A stretch of DNA of 64,000 bases from Marsupella aquatica (GCA_973895155.1 OZ316896.1:14604684-14668683), one strand, 5' to 3'; shown: positions 1 through 12,922, numbered from the stretch's first letter. Notes: generated by a model from the letters alone, not told the origin. Made by a program: numbers and translations.

Positions 1-433
1 GCCCTGAGAAGGGAGCACTCGGAACGCTCGCTGGGCGTGCAGCGCCCTTCGTGACTTCCAGCTCGGTCCTTTTTTTTCCTAATTTTATAGCTCGTTCTGG
101 TTTCTTTGGAGGGGATGGGGATGACGATCACAGTGAAGCTCTTCTGTTCTGTTCGTTGGCGGTACGTCGGTCTCTTTTGAGGTGGCGAAATGCCTTGAGA
201 CTTGGAGGCAGTCGGGGGCCGGCGAGTGTGAGGTGATCTGCCGGCAAGGGTTATCAGAATGAGGCCGCGAGGAGGCTGGAGAATGGACCGACCTAGTTGA
301 TATTGCCGAGCAGTGGAAGACGTCTTCACGTCGCCTTCACTCGCCGAGGTAAGGCGACAGAAGGAATAAGGGGTGACTCTGTTGGAAGAGCTGCAGCAAC
401 GTCAGGAAGAAGAAGAAAGAAGGAAGTAAGGAA

Positions 434-3400
434 ATGGCGTCAGGAGGTCTGAGCCTTCTGGCAGCGTGTGGAGGGGAAACCGTGAAGCTATTTGATCCGG
501 CCGTGGAGACCGGGGACCCTTGCGTTTTTCAGTACACACCTGCGCCAGGCTTTCAAGTCAATTGTGCTAGATGGAACCACACGAGTGAGTTGCATTGCAC
601 GCATTCCCTCCCTTTCCTTTCTTCGTGCTTTTACGCGAATGTTTTAACTTTTTCTGTTCTTGAGAATGTAGATGTCGAAACGAATCTTTCTAAATTCGTC
701 TGTTGGTTGGCTCGTCGAAGACCATTTCTCAATGAAATCTTGATGTACAATGGATGTCTTTGTCAGCTGCAATATTTTATAGCGGAGAAATTTTGCTCAT
801 AGTTTGGGCATTGTACTGTCTCCTTGGATTTCTCTTCGTAGAAGTACGTCACATAGTTCCATCTCTGAGTCCAGGAGAACGTATTTCCAGCTACGTCCGA
901 AATGCGGCAGGTTTCGACTTCGACGCCGGCACTGTGAATGCTTTAGTTTTATAGTTCAGTTTTAAATCTGACAGGCTGGAAGGGAGCGGAGAGCGCTTCC
1001 CAAGAATTAATCATCTACTTTACCTGTTAGGCACAACAATACGGTTTATAATTTGTCTGATCATAAATTTCACTGTGAGGCAGATCTTGTTGTTGCTAGT
1101 GCCGGAGAAGATCGGAAGATATCAATGTGGATGAAAAATGGGCAGTCAGTGGGAGTCGTTCCACAACCTGGCGCCGAAGCGGATGATACGATTGATGTAA
1201 GGACACTCTTCGACTTATTCCTACCCTCGAGTTCAAGTCTAGCCTGATCTACCGAAATGTAGAGGTTGTGCGCCCGGCGAGAAATTAATATAGGGACCAC
1301 GAGTCAAGTCTGACGATGTGGGCTTCGTTGCAGGAATCTATCCTCACGATTTGCTTTAGCAGTAAGGGCTCCAGATATCTGGCTTCAGGAGGGACGGGGA
1401 AAATCGTTCGAGTGTGGGATATGCAACGTCGGAGGTGTATAAAATGGCTCAAGGGCCACATGGATACAATTACTGGGGTCATGTACAACTGTAGAGACGA
1501 ACATTTAGCTTCTGTAAGCATTAGAGGAGATCTCATATTGCACAATCTTGCTTCTGGTACTCGTGCAGCAGAATTCAAAGACCCTCATGATCAGGTATTG
1601 ATGTGATACCCCTTGTTTTGTACCCGACCTCTGGTTGTTAGCGCAAATATGTGAAAGTTTCTCAGCTTGGTCTCCAATCTCGTTGTGCACATTTCTCGGC
1701 AAGCTAATTCTTTAGTATCACAAACTTCTCTTGTGAGTACTGGTCTCTTGTAGCTCTGTCCGTTGAGAACCATTAAGTAGAGATGTCATCAGATCATAGC
1801 TCAGCAGCATAATTCAGTTAGCTTTGAACTTCGTATCGGTTCTGGCAGGGAGATGATGGACTGTCTGAATGTCCCTCCTGAGTTTCTTTGGAGCAGGTTC
1901 TGAGAGTGTTGGAGTATTCTCGGTTGAGCAGGCATCTTCTGGTGACGGCTGGCGATGATGGATCTGTACACATCTGGGATACAACGAATCGCAGTCCCAA
2001 GGCAGGTCAATTCTCTTTGGACTCATGGCTATCCTCTTGGTCCGATTTAGTTTGGAAAGTTCATTTGTTTCGCGAGGGCTCTGATCATGGAGGCTTCTTA
2101 CGGCCTTAGCTGTGTTTATGATGCACCATCAAGCAACCTTCTTTGTCCATGATCACATGTGCGAAATAAGTTTTCATACTTACTGTTTCATAGCTCTTAC
2201 ATTGCAGATATCATGGCTTAAGCAACATTCTGCTCCCACCACTGGTGTTTGTTTTTCACCAGGCAACGACAAGGTTTGTCTCATGAAAATCAAGATCATA
2301 GTCCAATTGCGAGGGCTAATGCTTTAAGTTTTGATGAGATTTGATAGAGCATGGGAGGTTAATATTTCCTGTAACTAAAATGATTCCGTTGGCAGGGTCG
2401 ACTGTCGTTCTTGTTAATCGCAATCTGATTATATAAAAAAGGGAACTGTGACGTTTACTGAGCATATTGAAAATTAGGATCTTACTGTCACAGTATTGAC
2501 TTGTGTTAGCATATACTGATGTTGATAAGTAGATTTAGCCAGAAATTTGTGTCAGCTCTCTTACAAAATCTAATATGCAGATAATGGTTAGTGTTGGCCT
2601 GGATAAGAAATTATATACATACGACTTGGGGATCAAGAAACCCGTGCACTGCGTTCCATTTGATGCCCCATTTTCTTCAGTCGCATTTAAGGATGACGGA
2701 CAGACTGTCGCTGCTGGAACAAACAGTGGTCGTGTTGTGTTTTATGATATCAGGGGAAAGCCCCAGCCTTTTACTGTCCTTCGCGCTTATAGCTCGTCTG
2801 AGGTATGTGAATGTTATTGCCTGTCAAACCTCTTGTTGTGTAGGACTTTTCTATTAACAGATGAAATGTTTATGCTTCAATTTTGGTAGAATTGATTGAT
2901 CGGTTGTGTACGATACATCATCTGCAGAATTGAGGTGGCTTCCATAATCAGCAGCACTTTCTTCGCATATCTGATCGTCCGTGCTTGCAGACATTATGTG
3001 TGTCGTTCTTGTTTTCCTGTTCAGGAAGGAGGGTTCTTGAGGATTTATTTATTTTCTAATTTGGAGATATCTCATATGACTTCTCTCTGTTTCGCAGGCC
3101 ATTGCAAGCTTGAATTGGCAGCGGTCCAACCCTATAGTAGTCATTGAAGCAACTTGTACCAAGGAGGCTGCATTGCTTGGAAATTCAGGAGAAGAGTCTG
3201 TGATAATGCCAGATCCCCTCCCAGCTTCTGGTCGAGGTCGACCCTCAGCTACACCAATGCCCATGAAATCATCTTCTGGGCGCTTTCCTCAACTTGCTCA
3301 AGATCCTGCTCCAGGTCCCCTTGCTGGTTCTTCGGCTGCCGCACCCACATCAAGGACGGAAGGGTCAAGTTTTTCTAGCAACCACCTTTGGACGAATGGT

Positions 3401-5270
3401 TCCATGACAAGGCTGCAGACTGCTAATGAGTCTTCCAATGCAAAAGATGACATGGAGGTCTTCTCGCCTTTGGTGGATGTCCAGCCTATTACACCTTCGC
3501 TTTCGAGTTTCTATGACGGCAATGAAGGTGGTACTGGTGATGCTTCTCGGAAAGTGAGTTGGAGTCAGTCCAATATTCGCAAGTTTCCAAACATGGAGGA
3601 AACAAAGGATGATCCTCGTGTAAGCCTTGAGCGCCGTTTATCGTTACGCAGTCAGGTGATTTCACAGTTTCTTGGATTTCCTTGTCTGGTTGTATCCAAT
3701 AGAGAGCTTGTTAGTACAAGAAATTATGCATACTGGTTTCAAGAGATGTTGAAGAAAATCTTTGTTTTTAGTTTCCCTTGAACCCCATGAAGAATTACTC
3801 TGCAGGTCGTCTAAGAGTCGCTGTTTGGACAGCTACATTTAATGTAAACTGTGAATTTTGCTTTGTTTTGTTTTGTTTGCTTGATTGCTTTTTAGTTGTG
3901 GACGCCGTGAAAGGGTCAGAATATTTACTGGAGGATGTTCACTGTCGATGTATGCAGGATGATCTACACTTCAAAGGCTCGCCAGCATCACCAGCAGCTA
4001 GTACACCTCCATCCGGATTGAATAAGCTGGACAGATCCCCATCTGTTACACCGCCGGAAATGTGGGGTGGTGATATTGACCGCTTTCGCCAACCTGCAAT
4101 TTCCAGATTTGCCTCTGCCTCGTCACTTTCCAGTGTCTTGGGATCTTCATCTGCACTACTTACATCTTCTCGATTGGAATCCTTCGCCACTGCAGCAGCT
4201 TTGGAGTCTTCGTTTCCTGAAACACCATTTTCACCTCGTGCGCCAACACAGAGTGCTTTCTCATCCATTGATAATCTTCCTCTTAGGCTTTCATCTAATT
4301 CTGATTCATCACACTATCCCCTTATGAATGGTAGTCCTCCCTCCACATCGCTAAATCCAGTTAGTTCACAGGCGCCTTCATTCTTAAATATCGAGAGCTC
4401 ATTACTGGAAGCAAGCTCTCTGGCATCACCAAGAAGGGGTGCAATTCACGGAACTCTGAATCCCCATTTAAACTTTTCTAGAGGAAGTTTATCCCGAGTG
4501 CCAAAGAAATCTATTCCAGAGAAGAAAGACGAAAAAAGCATGACAAGCTCCCTTGACATGAAGAGAGAATATGATAATGGCTTCAGTGGAAGGCTAGACG
4601 CTGCAGCTACAAGTGGAGCTTCTATACCAGGTCTAAATGTGAGTGACTCCCACTTTTCAAGTCGCTGGTAAATTACGTTTTCCTTTTGTGGTAGATGTAC
4701 AAGGCTGGTTTGTCAACCCTGAGATGATCGGAAAGGGTTCTCGCAGCTTTTGACAAATTTAGCTGGAATGGTCTGCTTCAGGGATCCACTCAATTGTCTT
4801 CTCAACGAAGCCTTGTGCAGCTCGACAGTCAACAAGGGCCAACATCCTTTGCACTACAACTCGTGCAGCGTGGGCTTGAGGAGAGCTTGGGCGCCGTGCA
4901 AAGAGCTATCCATGAGGATGTGCAGAACCTCCATTTGGAACTGCTTCGCCAATTTCACATTCAGCAGGTGGTGTCACTGCAAATTTTGATCAACTTGTTG
5001 ACCGTCAAAATGAACGTTTTAAATGTAATGTTTAGTGTGCACTGCACTTGACTTGAAAACAATGGATGACTTGTTCTTTTTGTTCCTTGACACCCAATAT
5101 CATCGGTCTTATAAATATGGTGTTGGGTAGTTTTTGTTGACATGAAGAGATATGCTGTGCAGACGGAGATGGCAGGAATGATGGAAGCGTTTCTAGCTAA
5201 GCAAACTGCTCTTGTAGAAGAGATTGAGGCCCTAAGAAGAGAAAATCAACAGCTGCGGGACATGTACTAG
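434..5270 (+). CDS. NEDD1: NEDD1/GCP-WD, WD40 gamma-tubulin complex targeting protein (~816 aa, 10 exons)
   Basis: Exons 434-584, 1084-1196, 1334-1594, 1897-2001, 2208-2273, 2581-2802, 3098-3655, 3958-4638, 4782-4967 and 5163-5270 join in frame (2451 nt). N-terminal WD40 repeats ([53 protein letters not shown]), a Ser-rich linker and the C-terminal coiled coil [21 protein letters not shown]...LRRENQQLR typical of plant NEDD1. Confidence 0.95.
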
Positions 5271-8200
5271 TTATCAATTTTCTGTCACCATATCCTCTTA
5301 GAAGTTTGGTTAGTGAATGACACCACGGCAAAGGTCTGCTGCAAACTGTGTTTGTAGTACATAGTGAGTTGTACCATATCTTTGAAGGATTTCTGAAATG
5401 GAATTACTTGTTATGACTAGTTTTCACCCAATAGTTAGCTACCCAAATTCTCTTTGGTCATCCAGCAGTACATTCATTTTACATGTTCTCAATGGCACTC
5501 CCAAACCTTAGTTGTTTGGGAGCCTGATAATATGATCTTCATTGAGGCAACTAAAGGCCCCGTGTAAAGTTTTCCATGTGATATGATACGGGAGAAATGC
5601 GGACAGTTGCAGGCGACAGTAATATCCGCTACTGTAATCGGGATAAAAGAATTAATGTATCTGGAAATGCGTCCCTCTAGATCTTTGTTTGGTTGTGGTA
5701 TGAGGCTTCCTCTGGCAGAGACTGGTACTTGCTTACTCCTCCCTTCCAGAAACTGTATTTTGTTTACTATTATGATATTGAATACAGGTTGTGGGTCTTG
5801 TTCCAAAAGTATGGGCTACATCTACATCCTACTGGACTCAGGGACATCCTACGCCAAACCGTTAGGACTGTCTGCAGTGGAAAGATATTGGCAAAATCGT
5901 TTGGACTTTTTCTTAGTGTATTTGCAGGTTGTCTTGTTTTGCATCATATTCACTAGGAAAGGTTCACACACAATCACACTTTAAGAGAACTGACTACAGT
6001 AGTGGGTGGGGAGGCCAGATATTAGGGAAACCCTTTGGATTATTTCTAAGTGTATTCGACATAAGGTATAACAAGAAAACAAAATGGTCTGCATCTACTG
6101 CTCTTGTCATCTTAGAGATGCAAGAGCGTAGACGAAAGCTTAGATACAAAAATTACACTACAAGGATTCTTAACTGTCGCAGCAGACATTGAGACACTCT
6201 CAGCCGTTCTAAATTGGCAAAACCACTTTCGAGTCCAGGAAAACTTGGTCATCTATGTTCACTTCTGATTTGAAAATCCACGAAAAAGTCCTCACGGTTT
6301 TATATATCGGACTTCCCTCTCAAGGTGGGCCTTACACGTACAGGAAGCTCCTTGACTTTGGATTTTACGCCCTTGAACTTGGCAAGATTATTTTCATCCA
6401 GTCCTCTGGCCAGAGTTGTAGCACATTCTTTAAGCACATTTCATATTTAAGCATCATTCTGTCAATTAATTCAATCACCTGTCTTAGGACCGACAGGCAC
6501 GGTTTTGATTCTCTACTTCGTGTCCTTCGCCCCCTCAAGACTAATAGTCTAGAAGTATATCGTAGCAGTCTGTCTTTGTCTTGAGACTAAGGTGAGACTC
6601 AAAGTTAGAGGGGTGTGAGACTAAATCAAACACAAAAGAAAATCAGAACAAAGGGCCAGGAGAGGTACCCATAAATATACAGAAGAAAGAGTCCAGAGAG
6701 GACAAGGAAGATCTTCAAACGAAAGTAAAGAATGACTTGCGTGTGACTCTGTAAGTACGAGAACATTTTTCTGATGTTACAAAATAATGAAATAGGCTCA
6801 AAAGCCGCAAACTACCACCCCGCAGAGGACCGTTTGATTGCTAAAAGAGCTTTTTGGTTGATAGACCCCACTACTGTAGCTGTGTTTAAAAGGCAGCTCG
6901 ATGAGATTCGCGTTTCCCGGCAGCTCAGAGTTGAAATGGTTGGCGCTCAGTTTTTGTCATGGCACTGTCCTCAAGCATGCGTGTCTTACAGTGTCATGTA
7001 CACAACGCAGGGTGGAAATGCCAATGCTCGAGGCTTAGATTCCCACGCTTATCAAAACAGACGATCCTTAGTATTCTGCTTCATCAGCTATTCAGCATGT
7101 TAACTCGGCTACTTGTCTTGGATGAAGAGGCACGCAAGACGGGGATGAAATTCTGTAGTCTCCCTGTACAGTACTTCGGAGTCTTCAGTCTTACTGTTGG
7201 AGCCATCTTGAAGCGACAATTTTGATCCAAGGTCGAGATGGTCTGACTAGAGGCGTGAGATGCATGCACCAATTTAAAGGCAGACATGAATTTCCTGGGT
7301 AGTTTCCCGCAATCTATCTACTGACGGCTTGCTCTAAAGAGTCAATGTCAACGTTGTAGCATGCATGACAAGGGAAGCTTGTAGGCAAGCGCAACTGATT
7401 TAGACTTACCAATACAGTTGTTGCAGAATCCTAGGATAGATTCTTTCTTCTGATGCTCACAGTATATATACTATATAGTATATTGCATCACTTGCAGCAT
7501 TTAAAGTGGCAGCTGCCATTGGCAACAACTTCCAGTACGTAATAGTCGGGATCGTTCAATTTGCACATACGCCTTGACATAATCAACTGCCGATTGCGAT
7601 TGTCTTCCATCCGCAAGTATCAGAGCTGGTTCTTTTGTTTAGGCTTGGGCACGAACAATTTTCTCACACTCCTTTTGTTCCAGTGCATTCCTCGCCCCTC
7701 TTCTTTTAACATCTCTCCCGGATTGTCTCGTAGAAAGCCTTTCACCATAACACTATGAAGTCTTCCTTTAGACTACAGAGACAATTTTCTCGTTCAGAGT
7801 ATGTTATCGCAGAAGTCTACTAACTGCTGTTGCTGCGATCGAGCATGCCAGTCTTGAAGCCAGTGAAAGAATGGCCCAAGTCTCGAAGATTGCAGCCGTC
7901 TTGAAGCGAAACAATATATGGATCACGACTCGCTCTGTTCTCCTCATCGTTGAAAGATACCAATGCAACAGATGCGCGTGTTGCATCTGAAGAGGACGAA
8001 GGCCTTTTTCACTATCAACTCGGCCCAAGTGGGAGGACGGTGTCACCTCTACGGTCCACGATTTCCGTTTCCACCCACTCGATTGAGCAGTGGACATTCT
8101 GAGGGATGTTTTGGGCAAATTTTCGGATCTCGATTAAAATGGTGAGCACCTGGGGAACACCATGTCCACTTTTGAATACCATATACTGTAGTCAGAAGTG

Positions 8201-8371
8201 TCTTAGTTTACTAAGTTCATCACCTTCAATCTGGGCGGTTGTTAGTTTAATTGGCCTGGTATCATAATCGAGCATCTGGGAAGTTGATAGTTTAATTGGC
8301 CTGGTATCATGATCGAGCAATTGAAGTAAACTAACAGGTGATCCCCTTGTATGAACAGGTGAGGTAGTTTT

Positions 8372-9316
8372 GTGGGTGTAGCTTGTATTGACTGTGCGAT
8401 CCAACAGAAGTCGATGAAAACCCAGGAAGAGGAGCGATCGAGAATGCTTTACAGGCTGGCAGCGACGTTCTTGCAGCAGACCGAACGTGAAATCCACAAG
8501 TGGATTAAACGTTCAATGTCATACTGCTTTCTTCCGGTTTTCATTAATTTGATCTGCAACGACATATCCAACATAGTCCAACAGACAAGTCTAGAGATCA
8601 GATGTGTCCCTTACCTGGTACTCCTCACAATAGCAACATTCTGGCTGGTCCTTAAGTATCAGACGAAGGATCGTCACCTCACAACCCCATCACCCCCACC
8701 CCCAACTACACTCTCAGTAGTCACCATCGAGACCCCGATCGAGACTGATGCAGAGCTAAAGCGCTTGCGAGAGCTGTTGGAGGAAATCGGGGAGGAAATG
8801 GTGTGGACATGCTCCAAGTACTTCGATCAAATTGGGGAGAAAATGGACATGGGCTGTTCCAGATGTAAGTCAGAATATACAACTCACGATCGGGCTCCAA
8901 AAGCTTCTTCACCTTCAACAACGATCGAAAGCACCAGCAACAGTCAAGCTGAAGCTGTAGTGACGGACGCCCGAGCAATTAACATAGAGGAGGATGACAC
9001 CAACTTGGATACCGGATTGGAGTCGGCGATGAAGCTGAACATCTCCAGAATGCAGAGATGGTGGGAGGACATGAGAGCGAGTTTGTCCGTGAAGTTCCAT
9101 CAACTTTTGGAGAGGGTGGAGACCGGATGTTCTAGATGCAAGGCTGACAGAATTCTTGATCCAGCTCGAGAAAGTTTTAAACTAAATTCGACAATCGGAA
9201 TTAATGGCGAAAGGGACTACAGAGACTTTGAAGAGGGGTCGCTGGCCGACTATATCTTGAAAAGCTCGAGATATCCTCCATACAGTTTACATCACCGACC
9301 ATTTTTACACGGCTGA
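8372..9316 (+). CDS. Orphan hypothetical protein (~300 aa) with a putative TM helix and an internally duplicated GCSRCK (CxxC) module
   Basis: 945-nt open frame (first ATG 8414; true start or upstream exons uncertain), hydrophobic VPYLVLLTIATFWLVL, Pro linker, and two related segments 91 aa apart. No family recognised. Confidence 0.5.
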   Translation: MGVACIDCAIQQKSMKTQEEERSRMLYRLAATFLQQTEREIHKWIKRSMSYCFLPVFINLICNDISNIVQQTSLEIRCVPYLVLLTIATFWLVLKYQTKDRHLTTPSPPPPTTLSVVTIETPIETDAELKRLRELLEEIGEEMVWTCSKYFDQIGEKMDMGCSRCKSEYTTHDRAPKASSPSTTIESTSNSQAEAVVTDARAINIEEDDTNLDTGLESAMKLNISRMQRWWEDMRASLSVKFHQLLERVETGCSRCKADRILDPARESFKLNSTIGINGERDYRDFEEGSLADYILKSSRYPPYSLHHRPFLHG

Positions 9317-9566
9317 TAGCTGAGAGGAGAAGCTTTACAATAGCTTTGTTAGCATACTACCGATGGAGAAGTCTCAGAATTAATCTCTCAGTCTATTGTG
9401 TAAGAAATTCTGAACCTGCTATAAGAAATTCTGAACATGCTATAATGGTGAATTCACATTTTATTCAGATTTTTGTTTCATGTATTTTCATTTCAATCCT
9501 TATCTTATCAAGGGGCAGGATTTGTATTCTATATATTTTTAATTAATTTTTAGACCCCTTTAGTTT

Positions 9567-10044
9567 TAGGTATTCTAGAGTGTTTTGAACTTATTTTGGC
9601 AAGCCCCCTTTCACAGCATGTGTTTTCTTAGAGATGAAACCAAAGGCTCCACCACCACGAGTGAGAGAAATGATGCTGAAAAACATGAATGCATAGGTAT
9701 TCTAGAGTATTTTGAACTTATTTTGAAAAACATGAATGCATAGGTATTCTAGAGTGTTTTGAACTTATTTTGGCAAGCCCCCTTTCACAGCATGTGTTTT
9801 ATTAGAGATGAAACCAAAGGCTCCACCACCACGAGTGAGAGAAATGATGCTGAAAAACATGAATGCATAGGTATTCTAGAGTGTTTTGAACTTATTTTGA
9901 AAAACATGAATACATAGGTATTCTAGAGTGTTTTGAACTTATTTTGGCAAGCCCCCTTTCACAGCATGTGTTTTCTTAGAGATGAAACCAAAGGCTCCAC
10001 CACCACGAGTGAGAGAAATGATGCTGGAAAACATGGATGCATAG
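9567..10044. repeat. Higher-order tandem repeat: 127-bp A unit plus 47-bp B unit (A-B-A-B-A, period 174 bp)
   Basis: TAGGTATTCTAGAGT(G/A)TTTTGAACTTATTTTG starts at 9567, 9694, 9741, 9868 and 9915. Copies are nearly identical. Confidence 0.95.
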
Positions 10045-12922
10045 CCTCTTAAGTTCTCCTCGTGTTTTTCTTTCCTAGGTTTATGGTTTTTATTGAAAGG
10101 AGTATCATTCATAAGGCACCCTGAGTTAAGTGCACACATGGTAGCATCTTTTGACTCTACCTTTTCTTGGTCACTGTGCTTTTCTTGGCGGACACTTTAT
10201 GTTCTCGTGTTTTATTTACTTTCAGATCACTACAAGACAAAAAATAAAGTATGTTCCAAGATGAGCATGCTATAATAAGAGATCATCAATCAAGAAGATG
10301 CCCAAAGAAATTACCACCTGGATTAGATTGGGTGACATCCAAAACGTAACATAGTTCGCCTACACTGTCACCCAAAGTGCAGGAGGACAAAATAACACCT
10401 TTTCCACCAACTTCTAATTTCTTAAGAAGATGTTTTACTTACTGTGGGGCCAAGTGGTGGTTTAAAGCGATCTCTCAAAAACAGTCATGTGGGACGTCGG
10501 ATTGTTCGACTAATCCACGCTATCCACCTCTCTAGTCTTGAGGCAGTTTTTACCGTCCTGTCATTTAAAGCTCATGCTACAAGGTGCCCCAAAAAGACAG
10601 AATTCGAAGTATATGGGAGTGAGGTAGAGTGGGGAAGACAACAATCGTCAATCAAAGGTTGCAATCTGGTTAGGTGTTATGTACATCAGTGTAGACGAAG
10701 GTCGATTAGATAAGCGTATTAGCGACATACAAGATGATGTAACACAGAAAAATACTTGACCTTAAGTTAATTATGGGTAACATGGATGGATGGATGAGCT
10801 TTGATACACACTCGTCTAATATATAACAGAGAAAAATACTTGACCTTCATTTAGCGGTAAGATTGATGAGAAGTTAACATTTATTGATGATGTTAGATGA
10901 TAGGCATTTATTCCAGCACACTTAGTCCTCAACAGAATTACAGTTCAAGAAAAAACCAGTTCCTAGTGGGGAGGACACTACTTCCACATATGAAACAATT
11001 GTAAGGACTCCAGAGTTCACATCAACCAGGCGACTTGGTGGCTGATATTTTCCATGTTGGAACCAGAGAAGCAAATACAGACAACAATTATGAAAAAGAA
11101 GCAGTTCCTAAAGCCTAAAGCGCAATGACTTTCCTCATCGTGAGGAAACGTTTTGCCAGCCTGTACCTTTCAAACAAGTTTCTGGTTTGGGGAATAAAAT
11201 AAAATTAGTATGCAGTTTGGAAGGTTATTGCAGAGTGTGTATTATGTTGCCCAAAATAGTTTTGAAAGACCAAGACCTTGTCCTTTGCCTACGAAGAGCA
11301 CCTAACAAGGCTGGGAAGCGAATATCAAGAAAGGGATTCGCCAACATAGGAAAGCAAGTGTTGATGAAAGCAAGTCCTATGTTGATGTTGACGAATTGAA
11401 AGCATTCGCCAACATTTGCTTGTACAGAATATCACCTCATTCTCACTAGGCAGGCAAGGAACATGCATCTAATTCCTTCCCTAACATGTAATATTTCATC
11501 TAACTCCTCACATGTAAAATTACATGTAGTATGCACCTAGTCAATAGACTTTGTGACGGGGGGGGGGGGGGCGGAGGAACACCTCCAAAACCGGGGTGAA
11601 ATTGACCGTCATAATGCTGTCAATAAAAAGCCTACGATGCTATGTACTATGGCTTTTCAATTTAGCTTGTAGATTGATCATATGTAAATCCAGAATGTTC
11701 CCTTTTAATCTCAGACTCCACATCCTCAACCACTGAGATCATATACCGCAATCCACAATCAAGTGTCGCCAGTATCGGTAGATTGGAAGCCCAGCTCCAA
11801 ATGCTCTTGCATACGTACAAGAGGATAAATCTCACCTCATCAAGGATGAGATGGAAGCGTCCTCCTCTTTAGATTGACTATGCTGCCTCACCGCTGATGA
11901 GGCATATCTATGGTCTGCACTAGACAACAACAAACATCAGATGCTGTGGCAAAACAATAACCTATGTTGATGTTGACAATTTGAAATGTTAGCATTGTCT
12001 GAATTTGTGGCATACAGACTTGAACAGTTTTAGTCATTCTTCTGAAATTAGTTCCAAATCTACTCACTTACCATGAGAATTAGGTTAAGTCAATTAGGAC
12101 ACGCCAAGATCGCCTTCAATCATGATAATCAATCAAACACATGATAGGGTTACTAGCAGATTGCATTTCCTGTCCGATTACAAGAACGATTTTAGGAATA
12201 CGAAGAATAAACGATGACAGAAAAGCTGCATGAACTTACCTCTTCATGAATTCGTTGAAATTGGACAGGAGTTCAATCCGAGGTCGTGTTTACCTGTTGC
12301 AACAGAGACACCCATTCAGATATTGTCCTGGATAAATAATAATCCAAAACTCCATATATTCTTGCGTGTAGCGATCGATAACCTCGACCGAACTAAGTGT
12401 GAATCGTACTAAAGCTTCCCGGCCAATTAGAGACTGATTCTTTTCTGCTGCATTGACTTCAAGCTACCACAAATAAAGACATTGGCCTTCGAAAATTGCC
12501 AATAGTCCTCCACGACTAGATGAGAACTTCTTAGTAAAAGGGAGGATAGCTTTCTCTAGAGAACAAGAAGGCACTCTTAGGTGGGCTTGCGTTGACCCTC
12601 ACAGTCACAACTCATCTATATAAAAATTCTCAATCCTGTACAATGCTCATCATGAAGCTTTGCAATGTACCTCGGCCATGATCTGAATCGCATCGTAGAG
12701 CCTGCATTAGTTCCCTAACCAGCGGTGTAGGAGGTCTTCGCCCAGTCCTCTGATTGAATAGAGACTATATTGACTCAAAGAAACCATCCATGGACGCTAC
12801 ACATTCGTGGTCTCCCCATGTGATCAAACAGATTGTCGGTAAATGATAAACATGGTTCTCCAGGAAAGTCTTCCTGTCGTGTGAGAACCACAACTGCCTA
12901 CTCTAGGCACGAGCAGAGAGCG

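Noticed and set aside
9567-10044. CRISPR-like array or LTR pair
   Set aside because: The intervening sequences are themselves repeated, and there are no TG...CA ends with a TSD.
11537-11552. Poly-G tract
   Set aside because: A simple homopolymer; no evidence of function.
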